Positions 8,351-18,976 of a stretch of DNA of 64,000 nucleotides are shown piece by piece. Position 1 is the stretch's first letter. Each line of letters begins with the position of its first letter. The position numbers were made by a program, and so were the translations under genes. The notes beneath the pieces are model-generated. The model was not told where the DNA came from, searched no databases, and saw only the letters and a list, made by a program, of their open reading frames with translations. The stretch lies in contig JAPOYX010000184.1 in assembly GCA_026706345.1 (NCBI GenBank), positions 3,465-67,464 on the forward strand, given 5' to 3'. The stretch is from Gemmatimonadota bacterium (GTDB lineage: Bacteria; JAAXHH01).

Positions 8351-10699
8351 TTGAGTGTATACGATGATCCGGGACGCGAGATCGAAGCGTTACGTACGCG
8401 CATCTCCGCGCTTTGTATGGCGAGCCTGCGCATCAGCGCGAGCCTTGACCTCGAAACCGCGCTGAACGAGATCGTGGAGAGCGCCAGGACCCTCACCGGC
8501 GCGCGCTACGGCGCCATAGCCACCATCGACGAAGCGGGCGCTCCTCAGGATTTCGTCACATCCGGCCTCACCGAGACCGAACACCGCGGCCTGGTGGAGT
8601 GGCCCGAGGGGCCGACTCTCTTCGAGCACTTCCGGGATCCGCAGAGACCACTGAGGCTCTCGGACCTGTCCGACTACGTACGCGGCCTCGGCTTCTCCGC
8701 CGACCGGCTGCCTGCCGGGACCTTCCAGGGCACGCCGATGCGCCACCGCGACACGCACGTCGGCAACTTCTATCTGGTAGACAAAGAGGACGGGGAGGAG
8801 TTCACGGACGAAGATGAGGAGGTGCTGGTGCTGTTCGCCCTGCATGCGGCGACGGCGATCGTCAACGCACGCGCCCACGGTGTCGAGCAACGCGCGAGGT
8901 CCGATCTGGAAGCGCTGGTCGAGACCTCCCCCATAGGCGTCGTCGTGTTCGACACCGTCAGCGGCCGTCCCGCGTCGCTGAACCGGGAGGCGAAGCGGAT
9001 CGTGGAAAGTGTGCGCATGCCGGGCGGTTCACCGGAGGCCATTCCCGAGGTGCTGACCTGTCGCTTCGCTGACGGACGCGAAATGACGCTGGACAAGTGC
9101 TCGCTGGTACAGGCGCTCGGAGGCGCCGAAACGTTGCGGGCCGAGGAGATCGTGCTTTCCGTACCCGACGGCCGCAGCATAACGCTGCTCGTCAATGCCA
9201 CCCCCATCCGCGGCGACGATGGCTCGGTCGCGTCGTTGGTGGTCACCATGCAGGATCTGTCGCCGGTCCTGGACCTGGAACGGACGCGGGCCGAGTTCCT
9301 CGGGATGGTGAGCCACGAATTGCGCGCGCCGCTGACCTCCATCAAGGGTTCGGCGGCGACGGTGCTGGACGCCTCGAGGGCGCTGGACCCGGCCGAAATC
9401 CGCCAGTTCTTCCACATCATCAACGAGCAGGCCGACCACATGGACAGCCTGATAAGCGACCTGCTCGATGCGGGACACATCGACGCCGGCACGCTCTCGG
9501 TCCACCCCGAGCCCTCGGACGTCGGCGTCCTGGTGGACCGGGCGCGCAACACCTTTCTTTCCGGCGGCAGCAGACACACCGTCCAGATTGACCTGCCGTC
9601 CGACCTGCCCAGGGTCCTGGCCGACAGACAGCGTATCTTGCAGGTGGTGAACAACCTGCTTGCCAACGCGGCCCGTCATTCGCCGGAAACCGCGCCCATC
9701 CGCATCTCGGCGGAGCGCGACGGGGTGCACGTCGCAATCGCGGTCTCTGATGAGGGGCGGGGCATCGCACCAGAACTTCTGGGACAGTTGTTTCAAAAAT
9801 ACGCCCGTTCCGAAAAAAGCACGGGCACGGCTGGAGGGCTGGGTCTTGCCATCTGCAAGGGATTGGTCGAAGCGCACGGCGGTCGCATCAGGGCCGAGAG
9901 TGCAGGATTAGGTCAAGGCGCACGCTTCACCTTTACGATACCGGTTGCGGAACTGGCTGGCGAAGACGCCGCGGCCGTGGCTGTCCGACGTCCGTCCGGG
10001 CGGCCTGCCGACGGACGCCAGCCGATACCCATTCTCGTTGTGGACGATGACCCGCAAACGCTTCGGTACGTACGCGACACCCTCGCCGACGCGGGCTACT
10101 CCGTGCTGGTCACGGCTGAGCACAACGAACTTTCGCGCATAATCGAAACAGAAAAACCCAAACTGATCCTGCTTGATCTGGTGCTGCCCGGGACGGACGG
10201 CATCGAGCTTATGCAGACCGTTCCCGAGCTTGCCACACTGCCGGTCATCTTCATCTCGGGTTACGGTCGCGACGAAACGATCGCGCGGGCCCTGGAGGCC
10301 GGTGCCGAGGATTACATCGTCAAGCCGTTCTCGCCGACCGAACTCACGGCGCGAATCGGGGCGATCCTGCGCAGGCGAGCCAATCCCGAACGTTTCGTGC
10401 TTGGGGACCTGGTCATCGACTACGACCGCCGCGAAGTCATGCTCGGCGGGCAGTCCGTGGCGCTCACGGCGACCGAGTACGAGGTGCTGCGCGTGCTCTC
10501 GCTCTGCGTGGGGCGGGTCGCCACCTACGACGCCCTCCTGCGCGAGATCTGGGGCAGGCGGGGCCTGGGCGACGCGAGGCTCGTGCGCGCCATCGTCAAG
10601 CGCCTGCGGCGAAAGCTCGGCGACAACGCGGCGGAACCTTCCTACATCTCGAACGTGCGCGGGGTCGGTTACCGCATGATCCGGCACGGCGAAGCATAG
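8351..10699 (+). CDS. soluble hybrid sensor histidine kinase fused to a complete OmpR-type response regulator (GAF-PAS-HisKA-HATPase-REC-wHTH)
   Basis: 782 aa. TTG start with GGGAGG 8 nt upstream. H-box SHELRAPLTSIKG; N-box NLLANAARHSP; G1 VSDEGRGI; G2 GGLGLAICKGLVEAHGG. Receiver ILVVDDDP...LILLDLVLPGTDG...VKPF. Winged-helix output LTATEYEVLRVLS...VKRLRRKL...VRGVGYRM. No TM segment. Confidence 0.92.
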   Translation: MSVYDDPGREIEALRTRISALCMASLRISASLDLETALNEIVESARTLTGARYGAIATIDEAGAPQDFVTSGLTETEHRGLVEWPEGPTLFEHFRDPQRPLRLSDLSDYVRGLGFSADRLPAGTFQGTPMRHRDTHVGNFYLVDKEDGEEFTDEDEEVLVLFALHAATAIVNARAHGVEQRARSDLEALVETSPIGVVVFDTVSGRPASLNREAKRIVESVRMPGGSPEAIPEVLTCRFADGREMTLDKCSLVQALGGAETLRAEEIVLSVPDGRSITLLVNATPIRGDDGSVASLVVTMQDLSPVLDLERTRAEFLGMVSHELRAPLTSIKGSAATVLDASRALDPAEIRQFFHIINEQADHMDSLISDLLDAGHIDAGTLSVHPEPSDVGVLVDRARNTFLSGGSRHTVQIDLPSDLPRVLADRQRILQVVNNLLANAARHSPETAPIRISAERDGVHVAIAVSDEGRGIAPELLGQLFQKYARSEKSTGTAGGLGLAICKGLVEAHGGRIRAESAGLGQGARFTFTIPVAELAGEDAAAVAVRRPSGRPADGRQPIPILVVDDDPQTLRYVRDTLADAGYSVLVTAEHNELSRIIETEKPKLILLDLVLPGTDGIELMQTVPELATLPVIFISGYGRDETIARALEAGAEDYIVKPFSPTELTARIGAILRRRANPERFVLGDLVIDYDRREVMLGGQSVALTATEYEVLRVLSLCVGRVATYDALLREIWGRRGLGDARLVRAIVKRLRRKLGDNAAEPSYISNVRGVGYRMIRHGEA

Positions 10700-10717
10700 C
10701 CGTTCCGCCAAGTCCCC

Positions 10718-11803
<1,086 letters not shown>

Positions 11804-11864
11804 TTATCTATGTTTTGTGCGCGCTGCTATGCTCCTGTGCATTTCCGCCGGGCATCCGCGCTTC

Positions 11865-14627
11865 TCAATCTTTCAACAACCCCCGCAGCACGTACTGCAG
11901 AATCCCGCCGTGGCGGTAGTACTCCACTTCGACCGGGGTATCGATGCGCACGACGGTATTCAGTGTTTTCGTGGCACCGTCTTCGGCAGTCACGCGGACA
12001 CCGACGCGTTGCCGGGGCTTGATGCCGCCCTTGATCCCCTCGATATCGTAGGTCTCGAAGCCCGTCAGACCGTGAGATTCGGCGCTTTCGCCCTCCTCGA
12101 ACTGCAGCGGCAGGATGCCCATGCCGAGGAGGTTGCTCCGGTGGATGCGTTCGTAGCTTTCCACGATCACGGCCCGGACGCCGAGGAGGTTGGGCCCCTT
12201 GGCGGCCCAGTCCCGGGACGAGCCGGAGCCGTATTCCTTGCCGGCGATCACGACCAGGGGCGTGTCCGACTCGCGGTACGCCATGGCGGCGTCATAGATG
12301 GAGACCGGTTCGGCGCTGGGCGAGGTTCTCGTCCAGCCGCCTTCGGTGCCAGGCGCCAGGCCGTTGCGCAGCCGGATGTTGGCGAAGGTGCCCCGCATCA
12401 TGACTTCGTGGTTGCCCCGTCGCGCGCCGTAGGAATTGAAGTCTTTCGGTGCGACGCCGCGCTCGACGAGGTATCGGCCCGCGGGACTGTCGGCCTGGAT
12501 CGAACCGGCCGGCGAGATGTGGTCCGTCGTGACGGAATCTCCGAGCACCGCCAGTACGCGGGCGCTGCGTATGTCCGAGATTTCGTCCGGCTCCGTCGGC
12601 ATGTTGTCGAAGTAGGGCGGGAGCTTTACGTAGGTGGACGCGTCGTCCCACGCATAGGACTCGTCGCTCGTCGCGGCCAGCTCGGCCCAACGGTCGTCGC
12701 CCGTGAAGACGTCTGCGTAGATGGACTGGAACATTTCCCGCCGCACCGAAGTTCGCACGGCTTCCCGGACTTCCTTCGGCGTCGGCCAGATGTCGCGCAG
12801 ATAGACGTCGTTGCCTTCCTGATCGGTTCCTATGGGATCGCGGTACAGGTCCACGTCCATGCGGCCCGCCAGGGCGTAGGCGACCACCAGCGGCGGCGAG
12901 GCGAGGTAATTCGCCTTGACGATGGGGTTCACCCGGCCCTCGAAATTCCGGTTGCCGCTCAGCACGGCGGCCGCCACCAGTTCAGCTTCCTGCACCGCGT
13001 CGCCGATGGGGGCGGGCACGGGCCCGCTGTTGCCGATGCACGTCGTGCAGCCGTACCCCACGACGTGGAACCGGAGCTGCTCCAGGTAGGGGAGGAGCCC
13101 CATGTCTTCCAGGTAGCGAGTCACCACCTGCGAGCCCGGCGCGAGGCTGGTCTTCACCCAGGGCCGGGTGGACAGGCCGCGTTCCACGGCTTTTCGGGCC
13201 AGGACCCCCGCGGCCGCGAGCACGGCCGGGTTCGACGTGTTCGTGCAGCTGGTGATCGCGGCGATGACGACCGACCCGTGTCCCAGTTCGAAGGACGATC
13301 CATCCATATCGACGGCCGCCTTCTTCGTCAGCGTGCCCAGCTCTCCGGGTGCGTGTCCGTTGCCGTCCACCCACCGGTTGACGGTGTCACTGGACAGGTC
13401 CGGGTTCTCGTCGGCCAGCATGGCGGCCAGCTCCCTCCGGAAGGAAGGCTTCACGCTGGACAGCGAAACCCGGTCCTGGGGCCGCCTCGGCCCCGCCATG
13501 CTCGGTTCCACGGCGTCGAGGTCGAGTCCCAATGCCTCAGCGAAGAGGGGATCGGGCGAATCACCCGTGCGGAACAGGCCCTGCGCTTTCGTGTACGCTT
13601 CCGTCAGGGCGATTTCGTCCGCGTCGCGGCCGGTAAGTTCCATGTAGGAAAGCGTCTCGCCGTCCACCGGAAAGAACCCCACAGTGGCCCCGTACTCGGG
13701 CGCCATGTTGGCGATCGTGGCCCGGTCGGGCAGGGAAAGGCTGTCCAGGCCCGGACCGTAGAATTCGACGAACTTGCCGACGACGCCGTGGGCCCGGAGC
13801 ATCTGCGTGACCGTCAGGACCAGGTCCGTTGCCGTGGCTCCGGCCGGTAGCGCGCCCGTCAGCTTGAATCCCACCACGGACGGAATGAGCATGGATACGG
13901 GCTGTCCGAGCATCGCCGCTTCCGCCTCGATGCCGCCGACGCCCCAGCCGACCACGCCAAGGCCGTTGATCATGGTGGTATGGGAGTCCGTGCCCACCAG
14001 GGTGTCCGGATAGGCGACCGTTTCGCCGTCCCGTTCCCGGCCGAAGACCACCTTGGCCAGGTACTCGAGGTTCACCTGGTGCACGATGCCCGTGCCGGGC
14101 GGGACGACGCGGAAGTTGTCGAAGGCCTGCTGCCCCCACTTGAGGAAGAGGTACCGCTCCTGGTTACGGTCGAATTCGCGGTCCACGTTGGCCGCGAAGG
14201 CCCGTCGGGACCCGAACTCGTCCACCTGGACGGAGTGGTCGATGACCAGGTCCACGTCCTGCAGGGGATTGATGCGGTCGGCCCCGACGCCCAGTTTCCG
14301 GATGGCGTCCCGCATGGCCGCCAGGTCGACGACGGCCGGCACGCCCGTGAAATCCTGCATCAGCACCCGCGCCGGCCGGAAGGCGATCTCCCGCTCGGCG
14401 AGCCCGCCCCCGACGCTTTCGACGACGGCGGTCACGTCTTCGGCGGAGACGGTCACGCCATCTTCGTGGCGCAGCAGGTTCTCTACCATGACCTTCAGAG
14501 AAAAGGGCAGGCGCGAAATATCGCCGCCGCCGCCATCAACGGCCCGCGCAAGCGAATAGTATGTACACGTGCTTCCGCCCGCGTTCAATTCGGCGCGGGC
14601 GCCGAAACTGTTCAGGTTACGCGACAC
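11865..14627 (-). CDS. acnA: aconitate hydratase A
   Basis: About 920 aa. Fe-S ligand region [12 protein letters not shown]; YYSL...[15 protein letters not shown]-terminus. ORF 11865..14708 trimmed to GTG 14627, which has GGGGAG 9 nt upstream. Confidence 0.93.
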   Translation of the reverse strand: MSRNLNSFGARAELNAGGSTCTYYSLARAVDGGGGDISRLPFSLKVMVENLLRHEDGVTVSAEDVTAVVESVGGGLAEREIAFRPARVLMQDFTGVPAVVDLAAMRDAIRKLGVGADRINPLQDVDLVIDHSVQVDEFGSRRAFAANVDREFDRNQERYLFLKWGQQAFDNFRVVPPGTGIVHQVNLEYLAKVVFGRERDGETVAYPDTLVGTDSHTTMINGLGVVGWGVGGIEAEAAMLGQPVSMLIPSVVGFKLTGALPAGATATDLVLTVTQMLRAHGVVGKFVEFYGPGLDSLSLPDRATIANMAPEYGATVGFFPVDGETLSYMELTGRDADEIALTEAYTKAQGLFRTGDSPDPLFAEALGLDLDAVEPSMAGPRRPQDRVSLSSVKPSFRRELAAMLADENPDLSSDTVNRWVDGNGHAPGELGTLTKKAAVDMDGSSFELGHGSVVIAAITSCTNTSNPAVLAAAGVLARKAVERGLSTRPWVKTSLAPGSQVVTRYLEDMGLLPYLEQLRFHVVGYGCTTCIGNSGPVPAPIGDAVQEAELVAAAVLSGNRNFEGRVNPIVKANYLASPPLVVAYALAGRMDVDLYRDPIGTDQEGNDVYLRDIWPTPKEVREAVRTSVRREMFQSIYADVFTGDDRWAELAATSDESYAWDDASTYVKLPPYFDNMPTEPDEISDIRSARVLAVLGDSVTTDHISPAGSIQADSPAGRYLVERGVAPKDFNSYGARRGNHEVMMRGTFANIRLRNGLAPGTEGGWTRTSPSAEPVSIYDAAMAYRESDTPLVVIAGKEYGSGSSRDWAAKGPNLLGVRAVIVESYERIHRSNLLGMGILPLQFEEGESAESHGLTGFETYDIEGIKGGIKPRQRVGVRVTAEDGATKTLNTVVRIDTPVEVEYYRHGGILQYVLRGLLKD

Positions 14628-14774
14628 GATACAGGACTCCCCGCGGATCGGGCAAAAAATCGAATTTGCGAGAAACCGCAACGTAAGGACCTCACGGGCG
14701 CCTGTCAAGTACTATCCTCCTGTTGACGCGGGCGAAACGCCTTGTGCATCGGTATCCCGGCGGTCATTCGGTGC

Positions 14775-14804
14775 TTGACACACGGAGACGGTCCGGCCTA
14801 TCAT
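14775..14804 (+). promoter_or_regulatory. sigma70-like promoter for the DUF1207 gene
   Basis: TTGACA (14775-14780), 18-nt spacer, TATCAT (14799-14804); 65 nt upstream of ATG 14870. Confidence 0.4.
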
Positions 14805-14869
14805 CGGTAGGCCAAGCCGGCAGATCCGGCCCCGTTCATCACCCGTCGCCCATTGAGTCTCCTTCTGCG

Positions 14870-15733
14870 ATGAAGCCCCGGAAAACTGGAAGACGCCTTT
14901 TGCGATACGTGGTCCTGGTGTGCGCCTGTTCCCTGATGACCGGCCCGGCTTTCGAAGCCGTGGCCGGGACCTGGCGTTTCGCGGCCCCGCAGCAGCGGCT
15001 GTTCCGCCCGCTGCTGGCCGACCCCACCCAGACGCGGTTCGCCGTCGTCACCAACCTGGACGACCGGCTGAACGGGGATATCGCCGGTTCCTGGGAGGCT
15101 GCCGATTACGCTTGGGACGAAGGGAGCGGGCTGCGGTTCAGGACCGGGATCCATGCGGGCGTCTTCTCGAGGCTCCGGTGGTCCGGGACGACCTTTCCCC
15201 TCGAGACCGCCGACTACCTGGTGGGGATGCACGCGGACCTGGGAGGCGGGCGACTCACGGGCCGTTTCGAATACGCCCACGTGAGCGCCCACCTGGCCGA
15301 CGGATACGACGGGTCGGCGCAGGCCATGGGGGCCATGACCTACAGCCGGGAGTACTTCACGCTGTACGGGTCATACGAGCGGGAAGCGCGCAGGGGGGGG
15401 GTAATCGGAAGCGCGCGGGCCTACGGCAGCCTCCGGTGGTCGAACCACGCCATCCCGGACGTGCGGCGGTGGCGGGTCCAGGCCGGAGCGGAGTTGGTCT
15501 CCAGTCCCCTTACGGGCGGGGCGACCCGCGCCTACCTTGCCTGCGACGTACGGGTCTTTCGGGACGGGGACCTGTCCGTCAATCGCACGGCGCACGCCGG
15601 GTTGATGTTTCACTCCGGGGAATCGAGGGGTCTGCGTTTCGCCCTGGTCTACCACGGCGGACGCAGCGAACACGGCCAGTTCCATCGCCAGCAGGATGAC
15701 TACGCGGGGATCGGACTGTTCTTCGATTTGTGA
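14870..15733 (+). CDS. secreted, probably outer-membrane protein, DUF1207-like
   Basis: ORF 14723..15733 trimmed to ATG 14870 (MKPRKTGRRLLRYVVLVCACSLMTGPAFEAVAG, signal peptide). RLFRPLLADPTQTRF matches the conserved N-terminal motif I recall for DUF1207. Alternating beta-like pattern, ends in aromatic-x-x-hydrophobic (GLFFDL). Confidence 0.75.
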   Translation: MKPRKTGRRLLRYVVLVCACSLMTGPAFEAVAGTWRFAAPQQRLFRPLLADPTQTRFAVVTNLDDRLNGDIAGSWEAADYAWDEGSGLRFRTGIHAGVFSRLRWSGTTFPLETADYLVGMHADLGGGRLTGRFEYAHVSAHLADGYDGSAQAMGAMTYSREYFTLYGSYEREARRGGVIGSARAYGSLRWSNHAIPDVRRWRVQAGAELVSSPLTGGATRAYLACDVRVFRDGDLSVNRTAHAGLMFHSGESRGLRFALVYHGGRSEHGQFHRQQDDYAGIGLFFDL

Positions 15734-15841
15734 AAACTGCGCGGGAGAAGATTCGCACGGCAGAAACCGCGTGCCGTGCCGGTCTGCTGTGCCGGTGTGC
15801 CGTGCGGGAGAGCGGAACATTCCCACGCGACGGAAACCTGA

Positions 15842-17050
15842 GTGAAAGTGAAGACCATGAGCTTTCTCATCGACCTGGAATGCAGTGACTGCGGCAATCA
15901 TCTGCCGGCGGACCAGCTGCAGAACCTGTGCCCCGACTGCGGCCGGCCGCTCCTCGCCCGGTACGACACGGAAGGGGCGGGCAAGGCGCTGACCCCGGAA
16001 GCCCTGGCGATGCGCGAGCCCACGCTCTGGCGCTACCGCGAGATGCTTCCGGTGCGCGATGAGTCGGCCATCGTTACGCTGAGCGAGGGCGGCACGCCCC
16101 TGGTGCACGCCCGGCGCCTGCGCGAACGCCTGGGCATGGACGGGCTGTACATCAAGGATGAGTCCGTCAATCCTACCGGTTCGTTCAAGGCCCGGGGCCT
16201 GGCCATGGCCGTGTCCCGCGCCACGGAATTGGGCGCTGAATCCCTGGCCATCCCTTCCGCAGGAAACGCGGCGGGCGCGCTATCGGCCTACGGCGCCAAG
16301 GCCGGTATCCCTGTGCACGTGTTCATGCCCCGGGACACCCCTCTGCCTTTCATCGTGGAGTGCCGGGCCCACGGCGCCGAAGTGGAATTGGTGGACGGAC
16401 TGATCACGGACTGCGGCAAGCTCGTAGCCGCTCGAAAAGACGCGGAAGGGTGGTTCGACGTGTCCACCCTGAAAGAACCCTACCGGGTCGAGGGCAAGAA
16501 GACCATGGGATACGAACTGGCGGAACAATTTGGGTGGGTTCTGCCCGACGCGATCCTGTATCCCGCGGGCGGTGGGACCGGCCTGATCGGCATGTGGAAG
16601 GCTTTCGCCGAAATGGAAGCGCTCGGGTGGATCGGACCGGAACGGCCCCGCATGGTCGCGGTGCAGGCCGCCGGGTGCCAACCCATCGTCCGGGCCTGGG
16701 AACAGAACTGGCCCGACGCGCCCGAATGGGAGAACGCCCGCACGCTCGCCAGCGGACTGCGCGTGCCCTCCGCCGTGGGAGACAAGCTGATGCTGGCCGC
16801 CATCCGGGAAAGCAACGGGGAGGCGGTAGCCGTGCCCGACGGCGACATGGTCCGGGGCGTCCGGGAGATCGGGGCCTTCGAGGGCATCTTCGCCTCGCCC
16901 GAAGGCGGCGCCGTGCTGGCGGGCCTGAGGAAGTTGCTCGCCCTGGGCCGCATCGAACGTTCTGACCGGGTGGTACTCTTCAACACCGGAAGCGGTCACA
17001 AGTACGTGGACAGCCTGGCAGAGTTGCAGGAGGGTGAATCAACAAACTGA
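15842..17050 (+). CDS. thrC: threonine synthase (short form with N-terminal Cys4 zinc ribbon)
   Basis: 402 aa. CSDCG...CPDCG ribbon; PLP-lysine motif NPTGSFKARG; PLP-fold GGGTGL loop. Start is 15842 or ATG 15857. Confidence 0.85.
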   Translation: MKVKTMSFLIDLECSDCGNHLPADQLQNLCPDCGRPLLARYDTEGAGKALTPEALAMREPTLWRYREMLPVRDESAIVTLSEGGTPLVHARRLRERLGMDGLYIKDESVNPTGSFKARGLAMAVSRATELGAESLAIPSAGNAAGALSAYGAKAGIPVHVFMPRDTPLPFIVECRAHGAEVELVDGLITDCGKLVAARKDAEGWFDVSTLKEPYRVEGKKTMGYELAEQFGWVLPDAILYPAGGGTGLIGMWKAFAEMEALGWIGPERPRMVAVQAAGCQPIVRAWEQNWPDAPEWENARTLASGLRVPSAVGDKLMLAAIRESNGEAVAVPDGDMVRGVREIGAFEGIFASPEGGAVLAGLRKLLALGRIERSDRVVLFNTGSGHKYVDSLAELQEGESTN

Positions 17051-17067
17051 TCCCGCAAGTTTGTTGA
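17039..17067 (+). terminator. perfect 10-bp hairpin overlapping the thrC stop codon (no U-tract)
   Basis: TCAACAAACT-gatcccgca-AGTTTGTTGA. The 3' arm runs into the first unit of the repeat array. Confidence 0.35.
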
Positions 17068-17146
17068 CTAACCACATGATTGGGTTGACCAACTACATGA
17101 TTTAGTTGACTAACCACATGATTGGGTTGACCAACTACATGATTTA
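17063..17146. repeat. 4 x 21-bp direct repeat array (exact 42-bp duplication of an A-B pair)
   Basis: A = GTTGACTAACCACATGATTGG (17063, 17105). B = GTTGACCAACTACATGATTTA (17084, 17126). A and B differ at 4 of 21 positions. 17063-17104 is identical to 17105-17146. Confidence 0.95.
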
Positions 17147-17345
17147 ACGGAATAACCAATATCTGGTTTATTACTTAACATATATATTGTCTTACATTTC
17201 TCCATATACTCAGTAACGTCCAGGAAACTCGTCGCGTAAACGAACTGCCTACCTGCGACTTTCCTTTTCACAGGCGCCCTATTGATCGTGATACGGATGG
17301 GAACCCGTTCTCTCGTGACAGATGTACAATCGTTAGGAGAAGATT

Positions 17346-17543
17346 GTGACAGAGATGGCCTTCGAGCAGATAGGTCCTGCAATGGCTGCAATCAACGTCG
17401 CCAGACGGAAACTTGACGAAGGGGCCACGCGTGAAGAGATACACGACTCCCTCAATCAAGCCGCTAAACACATACGTTTGATAAGGTATTACTGGGACTG
17501 GGACGACAAAAACCCTAAACCCCCACCTCCCGAGTATATCTAG
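17346..17543 (+). CDS. small hypothetical protein (65 aa)
   Basis: GTG 17346 sits 5 nt after GGAGA. MTEMAFEQIGPAMAAINVARRKLDEGATREEIHDSLNQAAKHIRLIRYYWDWDDKNPKPPPPEYI. Lies in the AT-rich spacer. No family recognised. Confidence 0.4.
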   Translation: MTEMAFEQIGPAMAAINVARRKLDEGATREEIHDSLNQAAKHIRLIRYYWDWDDKNPKPPPPEYI

Positions 17544-17628
17544 TTTATGGTCTTGTCAACATCTTGACTCTTTCTTGAGCAATGCCACATTTCACAACAG
17601 ATTCCGCCTTATGTACCAGAGAACCGTC

Positions 17629-18882
17629 ATGTTTAGATCCATCCTGGCTATAGTAACACTCTTCCTCCTTTCGGCCCCTTCCGCCAGCGCCCAGAAGATG
17701 CTGATCTTCATGGACCTGGAACAGCAGGACCATCTCAAGGCCTACGGCATCGCTTTTGAGGCCCTGGAGCAGGGTTATACGGTCGAATGGCTGCTGAACT
17801 ACCGCGGCGGATCCTTCATCATGGACCCCGCGGCAGACCGGGTTCGGGCGTGTTACCTGAGGGGCGTGAGCTTCAAGGTGATCGACGGCGCGGAACTGGT
17901 CCGGATCTACGCCCACATCGAAGAGCACAACATGGACCGGGTGCTGCTGGAAAAGGCACCCGAAATCGCCGTGTACACCCGGCCCGACAAGCGTCCCTGG
18001 GACGATGCCGTGACCATGGCGCTGGAGTACGCCGAGGTACCCTACAAGACCATCTTCGACACGGAGGTGCTGACCGGAGAGCTGAAGCAGTACGACTGGC
18101 TGCACCTGCACCACGAGGATTTCACCGGGCAGTACAGCAAGTTCTACAGCTATCACCGCACGCCCTGGTACCAGCAGCAGCAGGCCACCGACGAAACGCT
18201 GGCGAGGACCCTGGGGTATCCGACGGTCGCGGAGGCCAAGAAGGCCGTGGCGCAGGGCATCAAGGGCTACGTGGGGAACGGAGGCTTTCTCTTCGCCATG
18301 TGCGCGGCGACGGAGACCCTGGAGATCGCCCTGGCCTCGGCCCGCACCGACATCGTGGCGCCGGAGTACGACCACACGCCCATCGATCCCGACGCCCAGT
18401 CCAAGCTGGACTTCGGCCAGACGTTCGCCTTCGAGAACTTCACCCTGCAGCTGAACCCGCTCGTCGGTTCCTTTTCCAACATCGACGTGAACCAGGTCAA
18501 TGCCGGCAAGGTGATGACCGGACCCTTCACCCTCTTTGACTTCTCGGCCAAGTACGACCCCGTCCCCACCATGCTCACGCAAAATCACGTGAACTACATC
18601 GCCGGGTTCTACGGACTGTCCACGTCCTTTCACCGCGACGTGCTCAAGCGCACCGTGGTCGTGCTTGCCGAGGAAGCCGGTACCGACCACGTCAAGTATA
18701 TCCACGGCAACTACGGGAGGGGGACTTTCACCTTCTACGGGGGGCACGACCCGGAGGACGAGGAGCACCTGGTGGGCGATCCGCCGACCAATCTCGCCCT
18801 CCACAAGAACTCCCCCGGTTACCGGCTCATCCTGAACAACGTCCTCTTCCCCGCGGCCAAAAAGAAGAAGCGCAAAACCTGA
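17629..18882 (+). CDS. secreted protein of unknown function
   Basis: ORF 17575..18882 trimmed to ATG 17629 (MFRSILAIVTLFLLSAPSASAQ, signal peptide). The mature protein starts KMLIFMDLEQQDHLKAYGIAFEALEQGYTVEWLLNYRGG. The C-terminus is basic (KKKKRKT). The 472-aa antisense ORF is a shadow. Confidence 0.85.
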   Translation: MFRSILAIVTLFLLSAPSASAQKMLIFMDLEQQDHLKAYGIAFEALEQGYTVEWLLNYRGGSFIMDPAADRVRACYLRGVSFKVIDGAELVRIYAHIEEHNMDRVLLEKAPEIAVYTRPDKRPWDDAVTMALEYAEVPYKTIFDTEVLTGELKQYDWLHLHHEDFTGQYSKFYSYHRTPWYQQQQATDETLARTLGYPTVAEAKKAVAQGIKGYVGNGGFLFAMCAATETLEIALASARTDIVAPEYDHTPIDPDAQSKLDFGQTFAFENFTLQLNPLVGSFSNIDVNQVNAGKVMTGPFTLFDFSAKYDPVPTMLTQNHVNYIAGFYGLSTSFHRDVLKRTVVVLAEEAGTDHVKYIHGNYGRGTFTFYGGHDPEDEEHLVGDPPTNLALHKNSPGYRLILNNVLFPAAKKKKRKT

Positions 18883-18941
18883 CGGCTGTCCCTGCGGTGG
18901 TGCGGAACCCGGCGGTAATTCCTGCGAAAATTCAAAAACAC

Positions 18942-18970
18942 TTGCCGGCCCGCGCCGCATCAAGTATAAT
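18942..18970 (+). promoter_or_regulatory. sigma70-like promoter driving the structured RNA and possibly ecfT
   Basis: TTGCCG (18942-18947), 17-nt spacer, consensus TATAAT (18965-18970). Confidence 0.5.
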
Positions 18971-18976
18971 TACTGT

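Noticed and set aside
8146-8496. 116-aa minus-strand ORF spanning the spacer upstream of the kinase gene
   Set aside because: It overlaps the kinase start, has an S/R-rich composition and no SD. The spacer is better explained as regulatory DNA.
11817-13850. 677-aa plus-strand ORF, plus similar long ORFs at 33670-35505, 48622-50598, 30438-31874, 31457-33295, 45969-47546 and 40200-41333
   Set aside because: All are antisense or out-of-frame shadows of confidently identified genes (acnA, hisS/lysY, yidC, lysK/lysJ, dnaA, gyrB). None carries a recognisable motif.
17110-17471. Minus-strand ORFs of 93 and 67 aa in the AT-rich spacer
   Set aside because: They have no SD and implausible composition. 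They overlap each other and the better-supported plus-strand 65-aa ORF.
17545-18963. 472-aa minus-strand ORF, longer than the plus-strand gene it covers
   Set aside because: It has a G/R/V/P/H-rich low-complexity composition, no start context and no motifs. The plus-strand frame has a signal peptide and normal composition. This is a typical antisense shadow ORF in high-G+C DNA.
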